A stretch of DNA of 64,000 bases, taken from Terriglobia bacterium. GTDB taxonomy: Bacteria > Acidobacteriota > Terriglobia > JAJPHL01 > JAPKYU01. Within the stretch, counting starts at the first letter, position 1, and each line of letters begins with the position of its first letter. Below the pieces are notes generated by a model, which saw only the letters and a list, made by a program, of their open reading frames with translations, was not told the origin of the DNA and ran no database searches. This document shows, in pieces, positions 48,712-59,038 of this stretch. Both the position numbers and the translations under genes were made by a program. The stretch covers positions 576,001 through 640,000 of the forward strand of contig CBDBKE010000002.1 in assembly GCA_965206645.1 (NCBI GenBank). Reading direction: 5' to 3'.

Positions 48712-49989
48712 CTATTGAATATACACGGTTTTGCGCCGCGTGGCGATTTGGCCTTTGGCGTTTTGGTCGGTAATGGTGATTTGATTAGCACCAGGGTTGG
48801 CGAACGGCTGGGTGAAGTGCTTGAAGCTGCCGTCGGGAGCGACCGCAAACACCGGCTCACCGTTCACGATGACCCGGGCGCCGGGCTCTGTCCTGCCCAC
48901 AATCTCCATCACTTGTCCGTGCTGGATCAGCTTGTCCACTTCCAGAAGGATCTCGTCCTCGGGCAATTGCCGCAGCAGAGTAAACTTGTTGGCATCACTG
49001 GTCTGACTCTCCCGGTTCTTGGTGTTCAGGGAAGAGACAGCCCAATAGTAGGTGCCCTCCGGCAGTCCGTTGACTTTCACCGTACTAGAAGCGACTCGGC
49101 GGTCATACACCCGAGTCGAAAAGATCGGGGAAGAAGAAATGCGGAGCCGGTACGCCATCGCCGTGGGGACCGGGGTCCAGGAAAACGTCACCCGGGATTT
49201 TTGGCCCTGGGGCGCCACCACCGGAGCCTGGTTGGCCGGCATGAGAAACAGCGGAGGTTCCATGACCCGCTGCCGGCTCATTTTCCCAGTTTTCCCGCGA
49301 AAGGAAATCTGTTCGTAGGCTCCCAGAACCACTCGCTCGGTTCCACGCAAGACTTCTGAATTCCCCTTCATCAAGGTCAACTCGCTGCGCTCCGACTTCG
49401 GATCACTCTTGACGTTTGCCCGACTATCCTGGCCCATCGTGGCCACTGCGTTGGCAAACAGGACCTTAGATTCGCCCTGGAACTTTGTCGTCAACAGGTC
49501 CACTTGCCCGGAGTTGACCTGGACCGAAACATTGGTGACGTTCGAATCCGGCATGCTGGCGTTCTCTTCCACCACGATCAAGGTATCGGGTAGCATCGTG
49601 TAGACGGTGCCATCGGCGAACGATACGCGCGCGCGCCCGCCTCCGGAGGTTTGCACGACATCCCCCTTTTCCAGGGGCATATCCAGAGAGGCAGAGGCCC
49701 ACTTCACCTCATTGGCCTTCTTGACCCTGACGTTGCCGTCAATGTTCAAAAAGCGAGCCTGCTGCTGCTCGAACACCGGCTCGGCGGTCTCCCGCTTCGA
49801 TGGGAGAAGTCTGGCGAAGCCGCGGCGAATCTGTTCCGGGCACAGTAGATACAAAATGACTGCCGCGGCCAACACCAGCAGCACACCAATGATTGTCACC
49901 GTACGGTAGGAGATCGTGTGCCACTCAATCTCGACCCGGCGATCTGGTTTCTGATCCTTAGGCTCCAGAAACTCGGGGATTTTCGGCAT
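48712..49989 (-). CDS. Membrane-anchored FecR-domain protein with C-terminal Fn3/Ig-like domains
   Basis: TM, GDVVQT..RARVSFADG FecR motif, GTYYWAV, GRTEPGARVIVNG. Confidence 0.75.
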   Translation of the reverse strand: MPKIPEFLEPKDQKPDRRVEIEWHTISYRTVTIIGVLLVLAAAVILYLLCPEQIRRGFARLLPSKRETAEPVFEQQQARFLNIDGNVRVKKANEVKWASASLDMPLEKGDVVQTSGGGRARVSFADGTVYTMLPDTLIVVEENASMPDSNVTNVSVQVNSGQVDLLTTKFQGESKVLFANAVATMGQDSRANVKSDPKSERSELTLMKGNSEVLRGTERVVLGAYEQISFRGKTGKMSRQRVMEPPLFLMPANQAPVVAPQGQKSRVTFSWTPVPTAMAYRLRISSSPIFSTRVYDRRVASSTVKVNGLPEGTYYWAVSSLNTKNRESQTSDANKFTLLRQLPEDEILLEVDKLIQHGQVMEIVGRTEPGARVIVNGEPVFAVAPDGSFKHFTQPFANPGANQITITDQNAKGQIATRRKTVYIQ

Positions 49990-50276
49990 GGTCCAGCGAG
50001 AATACCCAGCTTCCTCCTGCAGGGGCTTCTGCAGCCAAATGTACCACTGGGGTTGACCGGCCGCAACAGATTTTCCCGGCCTTCATCCGGCTTCCCAAGC
50101 CTGCATTCTCGCCCCGGTAGTGGGCTACTTTGAATCCGCAGGAGATGTCGTAGCGGCGGCCTTTGGGCCGCCATGGGGTCTTGGCAGGCTGAAGCATCCA
50201 AAAGGGTCAAAGTAGCCCAGTACCTCACCGTCTGTCTTCTGTTTCCGCTACCGGATCGTTTGCTACACTAACCCTT

Positions 50277-50570
50277 ATGTGGCCTCGCCTGGCCCTGGGC
50301 GCGATCGGGTTGCTTCTAGTCCGTTTTGGGGCAAGGTTTTTCTCCCGTGCCTTGCTTGTGCTGCGTCAGGTATGGCACGAAGCCATCGGGTTTCTCTTCC
50401 TCGCTTTGGCGGTGATGGGAACCTCGACCATCATCCGGGAATGGCATGCCGGCTTCAGCCTGGGCGTTCTACTAGCCTTGGGCTTTACGGTGATGATGGC
50501 CTGCTTCGGCATCGTCTCCTTCCGGAGCGCGCGCAAGGTCCGCCAGGAAGACCAATCTCGCCACCGGTGA
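50277..50570 (+). CDS. Small hypothetical membrane protein, probably leaderless
   Basis: Three hydrophobic segments; TGcTACACT 7 nt before the ATG. Confidence 0.6.
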   Translation: MWPRLALGAIGLLLVRFGARFFSRALLVLRQVWHEAIGFLFLALAVMGTSTIIREWHAGFSLGVLLALGFTVMMACFGIVSFRSARKVRQEDQSRHR

Positions 50571-50575
50571 AAAAC

Positions 50576-52234
50576 ATGGAAGGCTCATCTCTCCGCCGGA
50601 AAAAAGCCGGTGGCCGGCAGAAGAAGACTGCTGGTCTCGAGCATCAGGAAAAGTTTTCGACTTCCTCCGGACTGGAACTGAATCCCTACTACACCCCGGA
50701 AGACCTGGAAGGGAAAGGCTTCCGGTACGAGACGGACCTGGGCGAGCCGGGCCAGTTCCCCTTCACCCGGGGCCTCTACTCCAACATGTACCGAGGCCGT
50801 CCTTGGACCATGCGCCAGTATGCCGGCTTCGGCACCGCCGAAGAGTCCAACCGCCGCTTCCGCTACCTGATTGAGCAGGGTCAAACGGGCCTCTCGGTCG
50901 CCTTTGACCTGCCCACACAAATGGGAATGGATTCCGACGACCCCCTGGCGGCCGGGGAGGTCGGCAAAGCGGGCGTCGCGATTAACTCGCTCGCCGACAT
51001 GGAGCGGCTATTCGAAGGGATTCCCCTGGAGCGCGTTTCCACGTCCATGACCATTAATGCAACGGCGGCCATCCTGCTGTGCCTGTACGTGGCCGTGGCG
51101 CGCAAGCAGGGCGCCGAGCTGCGCCAGATCTCCGGCACGGTGCAGAACGACATCCTGAAGGAGTACATCGCGCGCGGCACCTACATTTATCCGCCCCGCC
51201 CGGCGATGCGACTGGTCACCGACCTGATCGCCTGGTGCCACCGCGAATTGCCCGAGTGGAATACTATCTCCATCAGCGGCTACCACATCCGCGAGGCCGG
51301 TTCCACGGCTGTGCAGGAGGTGGCCTTCACCTTAGGCAATGCTTTGGCCTATGTCCAGACGGCGGTGGAGGCGGGCCTGGAAGCGGACCAGTTTGCGCCG
51401 CGACTCTCCTTCTTTTTCAATGCTCACAACTACCTGTTGGAGGAGGTGGCGAAATTCCGGGCAGCGCGCCGCTTGTGGGCCCGGTTGATGCGGGAACGCT
51501 TCGGGGCGCGGCAGCCGCGCTCCCTGATGCTGCGCTTCCACGCCCAGACGGCAGGCTCCACGCTCACCGCCCAGCAGCCTGAGGTCAACGTGGTCCGCAC
51601 CACGCTGCAGGCTTTGGCGGCGGTGCTGGGCGGGGCGCAGTCTTTGCACACCAACGCCCGCGACGAGGCGCTGGGTCTGCCCATTCAGGAAGCCGCCCTG
51701 CTGGCCCTGCGCACCCAGCAGGTTCTGGCCAATGAAAGTGGGGTGACCAATACGGTGGACCCGCTGGCCGGTTCCTACCTCATCGAGCACCTGACGGGCG
51801 AGATCGAGCGGGGCGCCCGGGAATATCTCCAGCGCATCGACGCGATGGGTGGAACCTTGCGTGCCATCGAGACCGGTTACATCCAGCGGGAAATTCAGGC
51901 CGCCGCCTATCGGTACCAGAAGGCCGTGGAAAGCGGCGAACAGGTGATTGTGGGCGTGAACCGGTTCCGAACCAACACGGAGAAGCCCGTCCCCGTGCTG
52001 CGGGTGGACCCCCAACTGGAAAGCGAACAGGTGGAGCGCCTCCGCCGCCTGCGCGCTACTCGGGACCCAGCCGCCGCGACGGCTGCCCTGGAGGTGTTGG
52101 AACGCGCCGCGACTTCCTCCGACAACCTGATGCCTCTCATTCTGGCCGCGGTGGAGGCATGGTGCACGGTGGGCGAAATCAGCGCCGCCCTGCGGCGCGT
52201 CTTTGGCGAATACCGCGAAACGGTCGTGCTCTGA
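50576..52234 (+). CDS. Methylmalonyl-CoA mutase, substrate-binding (large) subunit
   Basis: [41 protein letters not shown]; no DxHxxG B12 domain. Alternative GTG start at 50567. Confidence 0.92.
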   Translation: MEGSSLRRKKAGGRQKKTAGLEHQEKFSTSSGLELNPYYTPEDLEGKGFRYETDLGEPGQFPFTRGLYSNMYRGRPWTMRQYAGFGTAEESNRRFRYLIEQGQTGLSVAFDLPTQMGMDSDDPLAAGEVGKAGVAINSLADMERLFEGIPLERVSTSMTINATAAILLCLYVAVARKQGAELRQISGTVQNDILKEYIARGTYIYPPRPAMRLVTDLIAWCHRELPEWNTISISGYHIREAGSTAVQEVAFTLGNALAYVQTAVEAGLEADQFAPRLSFFFNAHNYLLEEVAKFRAARRLWARLMRERFGARQPRSLMLRFHAQTAGSTLTAQQPEVNVVRTTLQALAAVLGGAQSLHTNARDEALGLPIQEAALLALRTQQVLANESGVTNTVDPLAGSYLIEHLTGEIERGAREYLQRIDAMGGTLRAIETGYIQREIQAAAYRYQKAVESGEQVIVGVNRFRTNTEKPVPVLRVDPQLESEQVERLRRLRATRDPAAATAALEVLERAATSSDNLMPLILAAVEAWCTVGEISAALRRVFGEYRETVVL

Positions 52235-52285
52235 AGATTGCCGCGCCCGCAGGCAAGTCAACGCGAGGCAGGTCTGTTCAATACC

Positions 52286-52314
52286 TTGACCAGCCTGTTG
52301 ACGGGGCGTAGGAT
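52286..52314 (+). promoter_or_regulatory. Putative sigma70 promoter TTGACC-17-TAGGAT
   Basis: Consensus-like boxes upstream of the kinase relic and TPR gene. Confidence 0.5.
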
Positions 52315-52339
52315 TGCCAGCAAGAGAGGGTTCTTCCCC

Positions 52340-52443
52340 ATGATTGTCTAAACCTCGGCCACTACCACATCGTCGAGAAGCTCGGCGATAAGAGGAGGCG
52401 TGTCGTGTACCGGGCGCACAATGAACAGCTGGACCGCGATGAC
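52340..52443 (+). pseudogene. Degenerate N-terminus of a Hanks-type Ser/Thr kinase
   Basis: ATG ATT GTC TAA ... GHYHIVEKLGDKRRRVVYRAHNEQLDRD matches the GHYRIVEKLGxGGMGVVYRAxDxxLDRD pattern. Confidence 0.7.
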
Positions 52444-52470
52444 ACCCAAAAGGGAGAGGGAGGTTTCCTA

Positions 52471-53640
52471 ATGGGAATCCGAAACCTGGGTGTGGCGCTA
52501 GTACTTTCTGTTTCCATGCTCTGGGCGCAGGGTGTTGACGAGCGGATGCGGATGGAGGCCGATCGGGTACGGATGGACGAGGGGGACCGGAGGCTGATGG
52601 AGGACGAACGGCAGTCGCAGCAGCTCAAGATGGAGCTGCCGTCCCTCCAGCGGGGGCCGTTCCTCGTGGGGGGGGAGCTGTTCAAGAAAAAGAAGGCCCA
52701 TGAGGAATTTAAAAAAGCGCGCAAGGCCGCGCGTAAGAAGAAGTACGAGAAGGCTCTCCGACGGCTAGAGAAAGCCACCGAGATTTATCCGCGGCACACG
52801 GAGGCTTTCTACGAGATGGGACGGATCTACCTGCAGCAGAATCGAAAGGAGGAGGCACACAAAGCCTTCGAGCAGGCGATCGTCGCAAACCCCAAGTGGG
52901 TGCATTCCTGCCACGATCAACCCCAGCCGTTGCTGGAAACCTCGAACGAGATCTTACGGCTCTATCCCACCCTGAGTGTGGGGCATTTCTTCCACTCCTA
53001 CGTCAACCTGTCAATGGGCCGGTTGGAGGAAGCCGAAAAAAGCGCTCTACAAGCGGATCAACATGAGCACGACCAGGCGCCTCAGATCCATGTGCTACTG
53101 GCCAAGATCTACTTGAAGAAGGGACAGCCGGAGGAAGCCGAGAAGCAGCTGCGCACTTTCCTGGCCAAGCGCGGTTCCTACGCCAGAGCGCTGTACGGAA
53201 AGGCGATTGAGGCCTACGAGAAGGCCATCGCCTTGAAGCCCGACGCTCCGGGCTACCACAACAACCTTGGCCGGGTTCTGGCGTTTGCCGGAAACGCGGA
53301 GGAGGCCGAGAAGGAGCTAAGCACAGCCGCTGAACTGGCCCCGGACAAGGCTGCCCGTTACTTCTTCAACGTGGGCGCCGTGCTCAGCAACAATGGCCGG
53401 AAAGAAGAAGCCATCGAAGCCTTCCGCAAGGCCACCGAAGTTGACCCCAACTACGCGATGTCCTGGTATCAGCTTGGCGTGCACTTGGGCGCCGAAGCCG
53501 AGGTGGATGAGAAGACCGGCAAGTCCATCCCGCCCCCCGACGCGGTGGAAGCGTTGCAAGAGTACTTGGAACTGGAGCCTGACGGGCATTTCGCGGCACT
53601 AGCCAGAACCCGGATACACCTTGCCACCCGGAGCCGGTAG
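52471..53640 (+). CDS. Exported tetratricopeptide-repeat protein
   Basis: GGAGG RBS before ATG 52471, signal peptide, multiple TPRs. Confidence 0.85.
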   Translation: MGIRNLGVALVLSVSMLWAQGVDERMRMEADRVRMDEGDRRLMEDERQSQQLKMELPSLQRGPFLVGGELFKKKKAHEEFKKARKAARKKKYEKALRRLEKATEIYPRHTEAFYEMGRIYLQQNRKEEAHKAFEQAIVANPKWVHSCHDQPQPLLETSNEILRLYPTLSVGHFFHSYVNLSMGRLEEAEKSALQADQHEHDQAPQIHVLLAKIYLKKGQPEEAEKQLRTFLAKRGSYARALYGKAIEAYEKAIALKPDAPGYHNNLGRVLAFAGNAEEAEKELSTAAELAPDKAARYFFNVGAVLSNNGRKEEAIEAFRKATEVDPNYAMSWYQLGVHLGAEAEVDEKTGKSIPPPDAVEALQEYLELEPDGHFAALARTRIHLATRSR

Positions 53641-53859
53641 GGAAAGTTCAGAAACCAGGTCTATCGCTGTGTGTGCCCGTCCCAATTTTTCTTGGCCTAA
53701 ACGTCCCTGGGCAGGGCCCCCTGGTCCAGGGGTTCACGGGTGGGGTGTCGAATAAGTGTAGGGTGTGGATTGGAGGGTCGGAAATATTAGATAAGCTCAT
53801 GCCTTACAGAGGCAGATGACTTTCAAGGATCCCAGCACCCACAACAAGACAAACAGGGC

Positions 53860-55185
53860 TCAGTTTAAGGTTGGTTTCCAGCGGATCAGGCACGCTCCTT
53901 TGGCCGGATAGTTCCCGTAGGCCGTCAGAATGTGCCCATCGTCCAGCAACGTTGAGCAGAGGTGTCCGCAGGTTATTGCCCAGGGCGTCCCGTCCGCAAA
54001 CTCGAAGTCATCCAGCAGGTAGCGGTGCCCCATATCCCAGGTCTGCCCGTTATCCCGGCTGATGACCGCCCCGCAACCTCGACGGTAACTGGCCAATCGG
54101 CCGCCTTGAACATCCTGCCGCATGATGTGGGTCAACACGATAACCCCGTTCGGCATGCGCAACAGGTGCCCATGCTGTCGTCCCGACTCGTAGAGCACCT
54201 GAGGCACAGACCAGGTTTTGCCCTCGTCCTTGGAGATGGAAATCGCGGTCCCGCAGAGATTGTCATTCACGGTGTGCAGCAGTGGGGGTGGAATATGGGT
54301 TCTTAGGGACGCGACTAGCCAACCGTTAGCCGCCCGCACGAAGGAGTTTTCTCCCACGCTCCGCGTGTAGCTCTTCCCCTGGTATTCCTCCTGCCAGCGC
54401 CATTCCTTGGGCACAGTTTCATCGGTCCAAGTGCGCCCTCCGTCACGGGACCAACGCAGAAAACAGAACGATGGGCCCCCCGGCCAATCACCTTCCTTGA
54501 AGTTCCATCCCCCCGCGGCGATCCTCGTCGCCACCCCCTTCGCATCCCGGTCGACCAACGGGTTGCCTTCGCCATGGAAGAGTCCACCGTTCGGCGGGGG
54601 CTGCAGAGGTTTCCGCTCGGGCCAGGTGCGTCCGTAATCGCTGCTGAAATATTGCATGGGGCGCTTTGGAATCTGGGTGTGAAATCGCAGGTTACCCTTA
54701 CCCAGATAGGTCAACATCACCGGGCGACTGACCGCATTTTCGATGCGCTTTAGCTTCGTCCACGATTCCCCTCGGTCACGGCTGAAAGCGATGGCAGGTC
54801 TTTCGATCCTCTTTTCCCCGCTGGCTTCCACTCCTCGGAGGCCCCACTCGCCTTGATTCTCACATCCTATGAGGACAACCTCCCCGTTGTCCATTTGAGC
54901 CACGCCGAAGGGGCAGAACGACTTGAACTTGGGGTCGTTGTAGGCGAGCTTGCCATTATGCCAATGGAGCAGCTGAATCTCAGCAGGTCGTAGAACCCAC
55001 CCTCCCTTGCCATCAGCCTGCTTCATCCAGTGCGGCTTGAAGCCAAGGTGTCCTTGGTCCTCCTCTGGGCTTGTTGCCGCGCCAGCCGGATTTGGGACGG
55101 GAGAGGAAGGCAAGGACTTGGACATGAGAGGTGACAGAACCGTCAGGGCTCCTGCTTGCTTTAGAAAGGCACGTCGGTTCTTCAT
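53860..55185 (-). CDS. Tat-exported BNR/Asp-box beta-propeller (sialidase-fold) protein
   Basis: NRRAFLK leader; five SxDxGxTW-type boxes. Confidence 0.85.
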   Translation of the reverse strand: MKNRRAFLKQAGALTVLSPLMSKSLPSSPVPNPAGAATSPEEDQGHLGFKPHWMKQADGKGGWVLRPAEIQLLHWHNGKLAYNDPKFKSFCPFGVAQMDNGEVVLIGCENQGEWGLRGVEASGEKRIERPAIAFSRDRGESWTKLKRIENAVSRPVMLTYLGKGNLRFHTQIPKRPMQYFSSDYGRTWPERKPLQPPPNGGLFHGEGNPLVDRDAKGVATRIAAGGWNFKEGDWPGGPSFCFLRWSRDGGRTWTDETVPKEWRWQEEYQGKSYTRSVGENSFVRAANGWLVASLRTHIPPPLLHTVNDNLCGTAISISKDEGKTWSVPQVLYESGRQHGHLLRMPNGVIVLTHIMRQDVQGGRLASYRRGCGAVISRDNGQTWDMGHRYLLDDFEFADGTPWAITCGHLCSTLLDDGHILTAYGNYPAKGACLIRWKPTLN

Positions 55186-55275
55186 GTTCTTAGCCTCCTA
55201 GGGAAGGGTTTTTGGAGGACGCCCGTGCGGCTCGGCGGACCGTGGTCGCTCAATCCGGAAATCGGCAACCCGAGG

Positions 55276-55365
55276 TGGCGGAGGAGGAGGGATTCGAACC
55301 CACGACACCCTTTCGGGTGTGCTGGTTTTCAAGACCAGTGCCATCAACCGCTCGGCCACTCCTCC
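55276..55365 (-). tRNA. tRNA-Ser (anticodon UGA), CCA encoded
   Basis: GGAGGAG/CTCCTCC acceptor stem, CTGGT-CTTGAAA-ACCAG anticodon arm, long variable arm, TTCGAAT loop, G73. Confidence 0.96.
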
Positions 55366-55543
55366 GCGGCTGCCACCAGAAGCGAGCTAGAGAGGCTTTG
55401 CCCTCCTTCTCGTCCCATGGTTTTCAAGGCTGGGGCAACATTCCAAGTGTGACAGAACCGCAACCACGCTTCAACTGTCCCTGTACTTTCGGTGCCAGAT
55501 TGCCATAGGATTCTGAAAACCAAGTGCCGGAGATTCATCTGCT

Positions 55544-56473
55544 TTGATCCGAGTGGAAAAGTTGCACAAGGAGTTTGACGAGCTGGTGGCCGTGAATGAC
55601 CTGGAGATGGTCGTTCCGGAAGGAGAAATCTACGGCCTCATCGGCCCCAACGGGGCCGGTAAGACAACCACCATCCGCATGGCCTGCGGGTTGCTGGAGC
55701 CGACCAGCGGCAAGGTCTTCATTTCTGGCGTAGATGTACACCACCAGCCGGAGCGAGCGCAGCAGTTCCTAGGCTACCTATCCGATTTCTTTTCCGGGTA
55801 CGAAGATCTCAAGGTCTGGGAGTATCTGGATTACTTCGCCCACGCCTACAAAATGCCGGAGGCCGACATTGCAGCGCGCATTGAAGAAGTGATCCAGCAG
55901 GTGGGTCTGGAAGTGAAGCGCGACGCCATGATCAAGGGCCTCTCGCGCGGCATGAAACAGCGCCTGGGCATTGCCCGCGCCGTGATCCACCGCCCGCGGG
56001 TGCTGCTGCTGGACGAGCCCGCCTCGGGCCTGGACCCAAAGGCCCGCGTCGATCTGCGCAATCTGCTCCAGTCCTTGCGGGACCAGGGGGCGACCGTGCT
56101 GATCTCCTCCCACATCCTTACCGAATTGGAGGGTTTCTGCACTTCCATCGGGCTGATGGAAAAAGGCCGGATGATCCGCAGTGGAAGGATTGAGGAAATC
56201 ACCGCCGCCGAAAGCCGCTACCGGGTGGTGCGCTTTAGCTGGGTAGGCGATGCCGCCAGCGCCGTAGAATCCAGGCTGCAGGCTAATGCCAAAGTTTCAG
56301 GCCTGCTGGTGAAAGAACGCGAGGGAGTGTTCAAGTTCGTCGGCGAACAAGAGGAGCTGGCCGGGCTGCTCGCCGACCTGGTGGCCGCCGGAGTCCGCAT
56401 GGTCTCCTTCGGGGAGGTCAAGAAAACCGTCGAGGACCTGTACCTTAAGCTTTCCGGGCATGAGGTCATGTAG
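55544..56473 (+). CDS. ABC transporter ATP-binding protein (exporter type)
   Basis: GPNGAGKTT, LSRGMKQR, LLLDEP, SSH. Confidence 0.95.
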   Translation: MIRVEKLHKEFDELVAVNDLEMVVPEGEIYGLIGPNGAGKTTTIRMACGLLEPTSGKVFISGVDVHHQPERAQQFLGYLSDFFSGYEDLKVWEYLDYFAHAYKMPEADIAARIEEVIQQVGLEVKRDAMIKGLSRGMKQRLGIARAVIHRPRVLLLDEPASGLDPKARVDLRNLLQSLRDQGATVLISSHILTELEGFCTSIGLMEKGRMIRSGRIEEITAAESRYRVVRFSWVGDAASAVESRLQANAKVSGLLVKEREGVFKFVGEQEELAGLLADLVAAGVRMVSFGEVKKTVEDLYLKLSGHEVM

Positions 56474-57984
56474 TGCAGTTCTGGCGGAACCCGGAACTGG
56501 TGCGGCACGCCCGGGCTGATTTGCGCCCGGCGCGCGCGCTGATGACCGGGCTGCTGGTCCTGGTGATTTGCCTCCTCCCGGCGCTGGCCTGCTGGAGCGC
56601 TGAGCCTGACAACTTTCGCCTGTTCTCCCGCCTGTTTTATAGCTGGTTGCTCGGGATGCAGTTCGCGGTGATGAGCTTCTGGTGTGCCTCGGCCTGCGGC
56701 CAGGCGCTTTCGCGCGAGCGGGAACTGAAGACCTTCGACTTCTTGAAAACCACCCGCTTGACCGCGGGCGAGCTATTGCTTGGAAAGCTGCTGGGCGCGC
56801 CCATTCTGGCCTACTTCTCCCTGGCTTGCTTGTTGCCCATCTCGCTGCTGGCGGGAATTTTCGGGGGATACCCGCTGCGCGTGCTTTTTTGGACCTACCT
56901 CCTGCTGCTGGCCTTGATGCTGTTTCTGGGCCTGATCGGTTTGTGGATATCGCTGCTACGGGAAAAATCGAGCGGCGTAGTCGGGGCAGTGGGACTTTTG
57001 CCGGTTTCCCTGACGTTCGGCTTGGCCTACAGCTCCTTCCCGGGGGCGGGAGCCATCAGTATTCTTCCTGCCCTCTTTTCGCTTTACGGGATGGACAGGG
57101 AAATCGCCAGCGTGACGCCCAAACTATTCGGAATGCCGAGTTCTTTCCCATTCTTGACGCTGTTCCTCTATGCCGCCTTCGGCGCCTGGCTTGTCCTGAT
57201 GCTGACGCGGAATTTCAAGAAGGATCTGGAGCAGGTCCGCCTCCTCTCCCGGTGGCAGGCTCTCGGCTTTGCGATTTTTCTCAACGCGCTGTTCTATGGG
57301 TTCCTGGACATGGAGAAGGTCTCGCGGCGAACGGGCGTCCCGTTGCTGTCCCCGGAACAGGCATCCAATCTTGCAGTGGCAATGAACGCGGCAATTCTGT
57401 TCCTGCTAGGTCTGGCAGCCGTGGTCCCGCACGAGAAGCTGAAGGTGTGGCGGCGCAAGCGCGCTGTGGCAGAAGTGGCGTACCTGTCCGAGGACGGCCT
57501 GCCGTGGCCCTGGATGGCCATGGCTGCTCTGGCGGCTTACAGCCTCCTGGTTGGCCGAGCCCTGGCCGGCGGGGACTCCATTGCTTTCGCGCGATGGAAC
57601 GTCGGAACGGCAGCCGTCCAACTGCTTGTCTTTCTGCTTTTCATATCACGGGACATCCTGTTCCTTCAATGGTGCAACCTCACGCGGATGAAGCGCCCCC
57701 TGGTCAAAGGGTTTTTCTACCTGTCGCTCTATTACACGGCAGTCTTCATCATAGGAGGTGTTCTCGCGCTCGTCTGGGCACCGTCCAGCCCCACCTTTTT
57801 TGCTTTGACAAATCCATTTACCGTCTTCGGCGCGGAACAACTTGGGCCCGCTGATGTGCCGGGGATTTATCTGGGGATGGCGTTGCAAGTCGCGGTGATC
57901 TGGCTCCTGCTAAGAGCAATCTCACGCCGCCTGGGGCGCCCCTCAACCGCTGCCGCGGCTTCCGGATCGGCCTCCGAATCGTAG
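56473..57984 (+). CDS. ABC-2-type permease
   Basis: ERELKTFDFLKTTRLT..ELLLGK motif, many TMs, coupled to the ATPase. Confidence 0.85.
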   Translation: MQFWRNPELVRHARADLRPARALMTGLLVLVICLLPALACWSAEPDNFRLFSRLFYSWLLGMQFAVMSFWCASACGQALSRERELKTFDFLKTTRLTAGELLLGKLLGAPILAYFSLACLLPISLLAGIFGGYPLRVLFWTYLLLLALMLFLGLIGLWISLLREKSSGVVGAVGLLPVSLTFGLAYSSFPGAGAISILPALFSLYGMDREIASVTPKLFGMPSSFPFLTLFLYAAFGAWLVLMLTRNFKKDLEQVRLLSRWQALGFAIFLNALFYGFLDMEKVSRRTGVPLLSPEQASNLAVAMNAAILFLLGLAAVVPHEKLKVWRRKRAVAEVAYLSEDGLPWPWMAMAALAAYSLLVGRALAGGDSIAFARWNVGTAAVQLLVFLLFISRDILFLQWCNLTRMKRPLVKGFFYLSLYYTAVFIIGGVLALVWAPSSPTFFALTNPFTVFGAEQLGPADVPGIYLGMALQVAVIWLLLRAISRRLGRPSTAAAASGSASES

Positions 57985-58369
57985 GTTGCGCTTCAATCCT
58001 GCGGAAATCGCCCGTGTGTTGGCAATCGCTGCCGACACCATTGGGCCAGAGCACCAGGGTTCGCTTCCGGCCTTCTTGACAGGTCGCCAACCGGCATTAT
58101 AGAAATGGTAGTTTGTACGGGAGCTTTGGCAGCACTGGGAAGGCAACCTCGGGAGTGGAGCGCTTCAGCAGCGCACCGGGCTTGCGGACAGGAGTCAGGA
58201 ACTGCCCAGACGGTTGCCAGAGCGGTAGTTACTGCTTCGACTGGCAGGGTCAGGCTTTAGCGCACCTCATGAGGGTTCCTCCCGAAGTTTTTTCCTGGGA
58301 GCAGTGGAAAGCTTGGGGCGGGCTGTGGCCCGAGCACCCCAAACCAGCGCAGAGCAAGGGAGCGGGCGT

Positions 58370-58996
58370 ATGGAGGAATTGACGGGCAAGGGAAACCCTG
58401 GCCCGCCGGAGAGTTCCGAGAAACCGGCGACCGGGGTGCCAGCAAAGAAAGCCGAGCAACCCACGGCGCCAAGCAAGCAACAGGCCAAGGAAACTGCTGA
58501 GGGCAATCCGAGCCTCCGCCGGCGGCGCCTGGTGTGGGCTTGCGTCGTGGCCTACTTGGTGACCAACTTCCTGATGTTCCTTCGCTTTTTCCTGCCGCGC
58601 ACGCTCTTTGAACCAAAAACTCGCTTTAGAATCGGCTATCCTAGCGACTTCGCCTTGGGCGTGGAGACCAAGTTCCAAAAGGACTTCCGCATCTGGGTGG
58701 TGCGCAACGCCGAGCGCATCTTCGTGATCTTTGCGCGCTGTACGCACCTGGGCTGTACGCCGGACTGGAAGTCGGCCGAGACCAAGTTCAAGTGTCCGTG
58801 CCACGGCAGCGGCTATGACACTGAGGGAGTCAATTTTGAAGGCCCGGCGCCACGGCCCATGGACCGGGCTCACCTGGAACTGGACGCCCAGGGCCGCATC
58901 GTGGTAGACACCGGGCGCCTCTACGAGTGGCCCAAGGGACTGCAATCGGAGTTCGACGAAGGCGACGGTCGAAGCGGCGCCTTTATCCAGGTGTAG
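58370..58996 (+). CDS. Rieske iron-sulfur subunit
   Basis: RRR plus TM anchor; CTHLGC and CPCHGSGY; GPAPRP. Confidence 0.95.
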   Translation: MEELTGKGNPGPPESSEKPATGVPAKKAEQPTAPSKQQAKETAEGNPSLRRRRLVWACVVAYLVTNFLMFLRFFLPRTLFEPKTRFRIGYPSDFALGVETKFQKDFRIWVVRNAERIFVIFARCTHLGCTPDWKSAETKFKCPCHGSGYDTEGVNFEGPAPRPMDRAHLELDAQGRIVVDTGRLYEWPKGLQSEFDEGDGRSGAFIQV

Positions 58997-59038
58997 GGTT
59001 CAGCGTGTAAGGTTCAGCCCCGCAGGCGGGAGATTCGC

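Noticed and set aside
39630-48773. Long plus-strand ORFs (39630-40796, 42438-43187, 43703-45346, 48009-48773)
   Set aside because: Antisense shadows of rne, rodA, mrdA and mreB, common in GC-rich DNA; no motifs.
50279-50575. 99-aa N-terminal extension of the mutase
   Set aside because: It overlaps a more plausible membrane-protein ORF in another frame; mutase-like sequence starts after about 50576.
55276-55365. tRNA-Sec serving the UGA at 29595
   Set aside because: The anticodon is UGA (reads Ser UCA), not UCA, and the acceptor stem is the normal 7 bp.
58076-58105. sigma70 promoter for the Rieske operon (TTGACA at 58076)
   Set aside because: No convincing -10 box at a 16-18 bp spacing.
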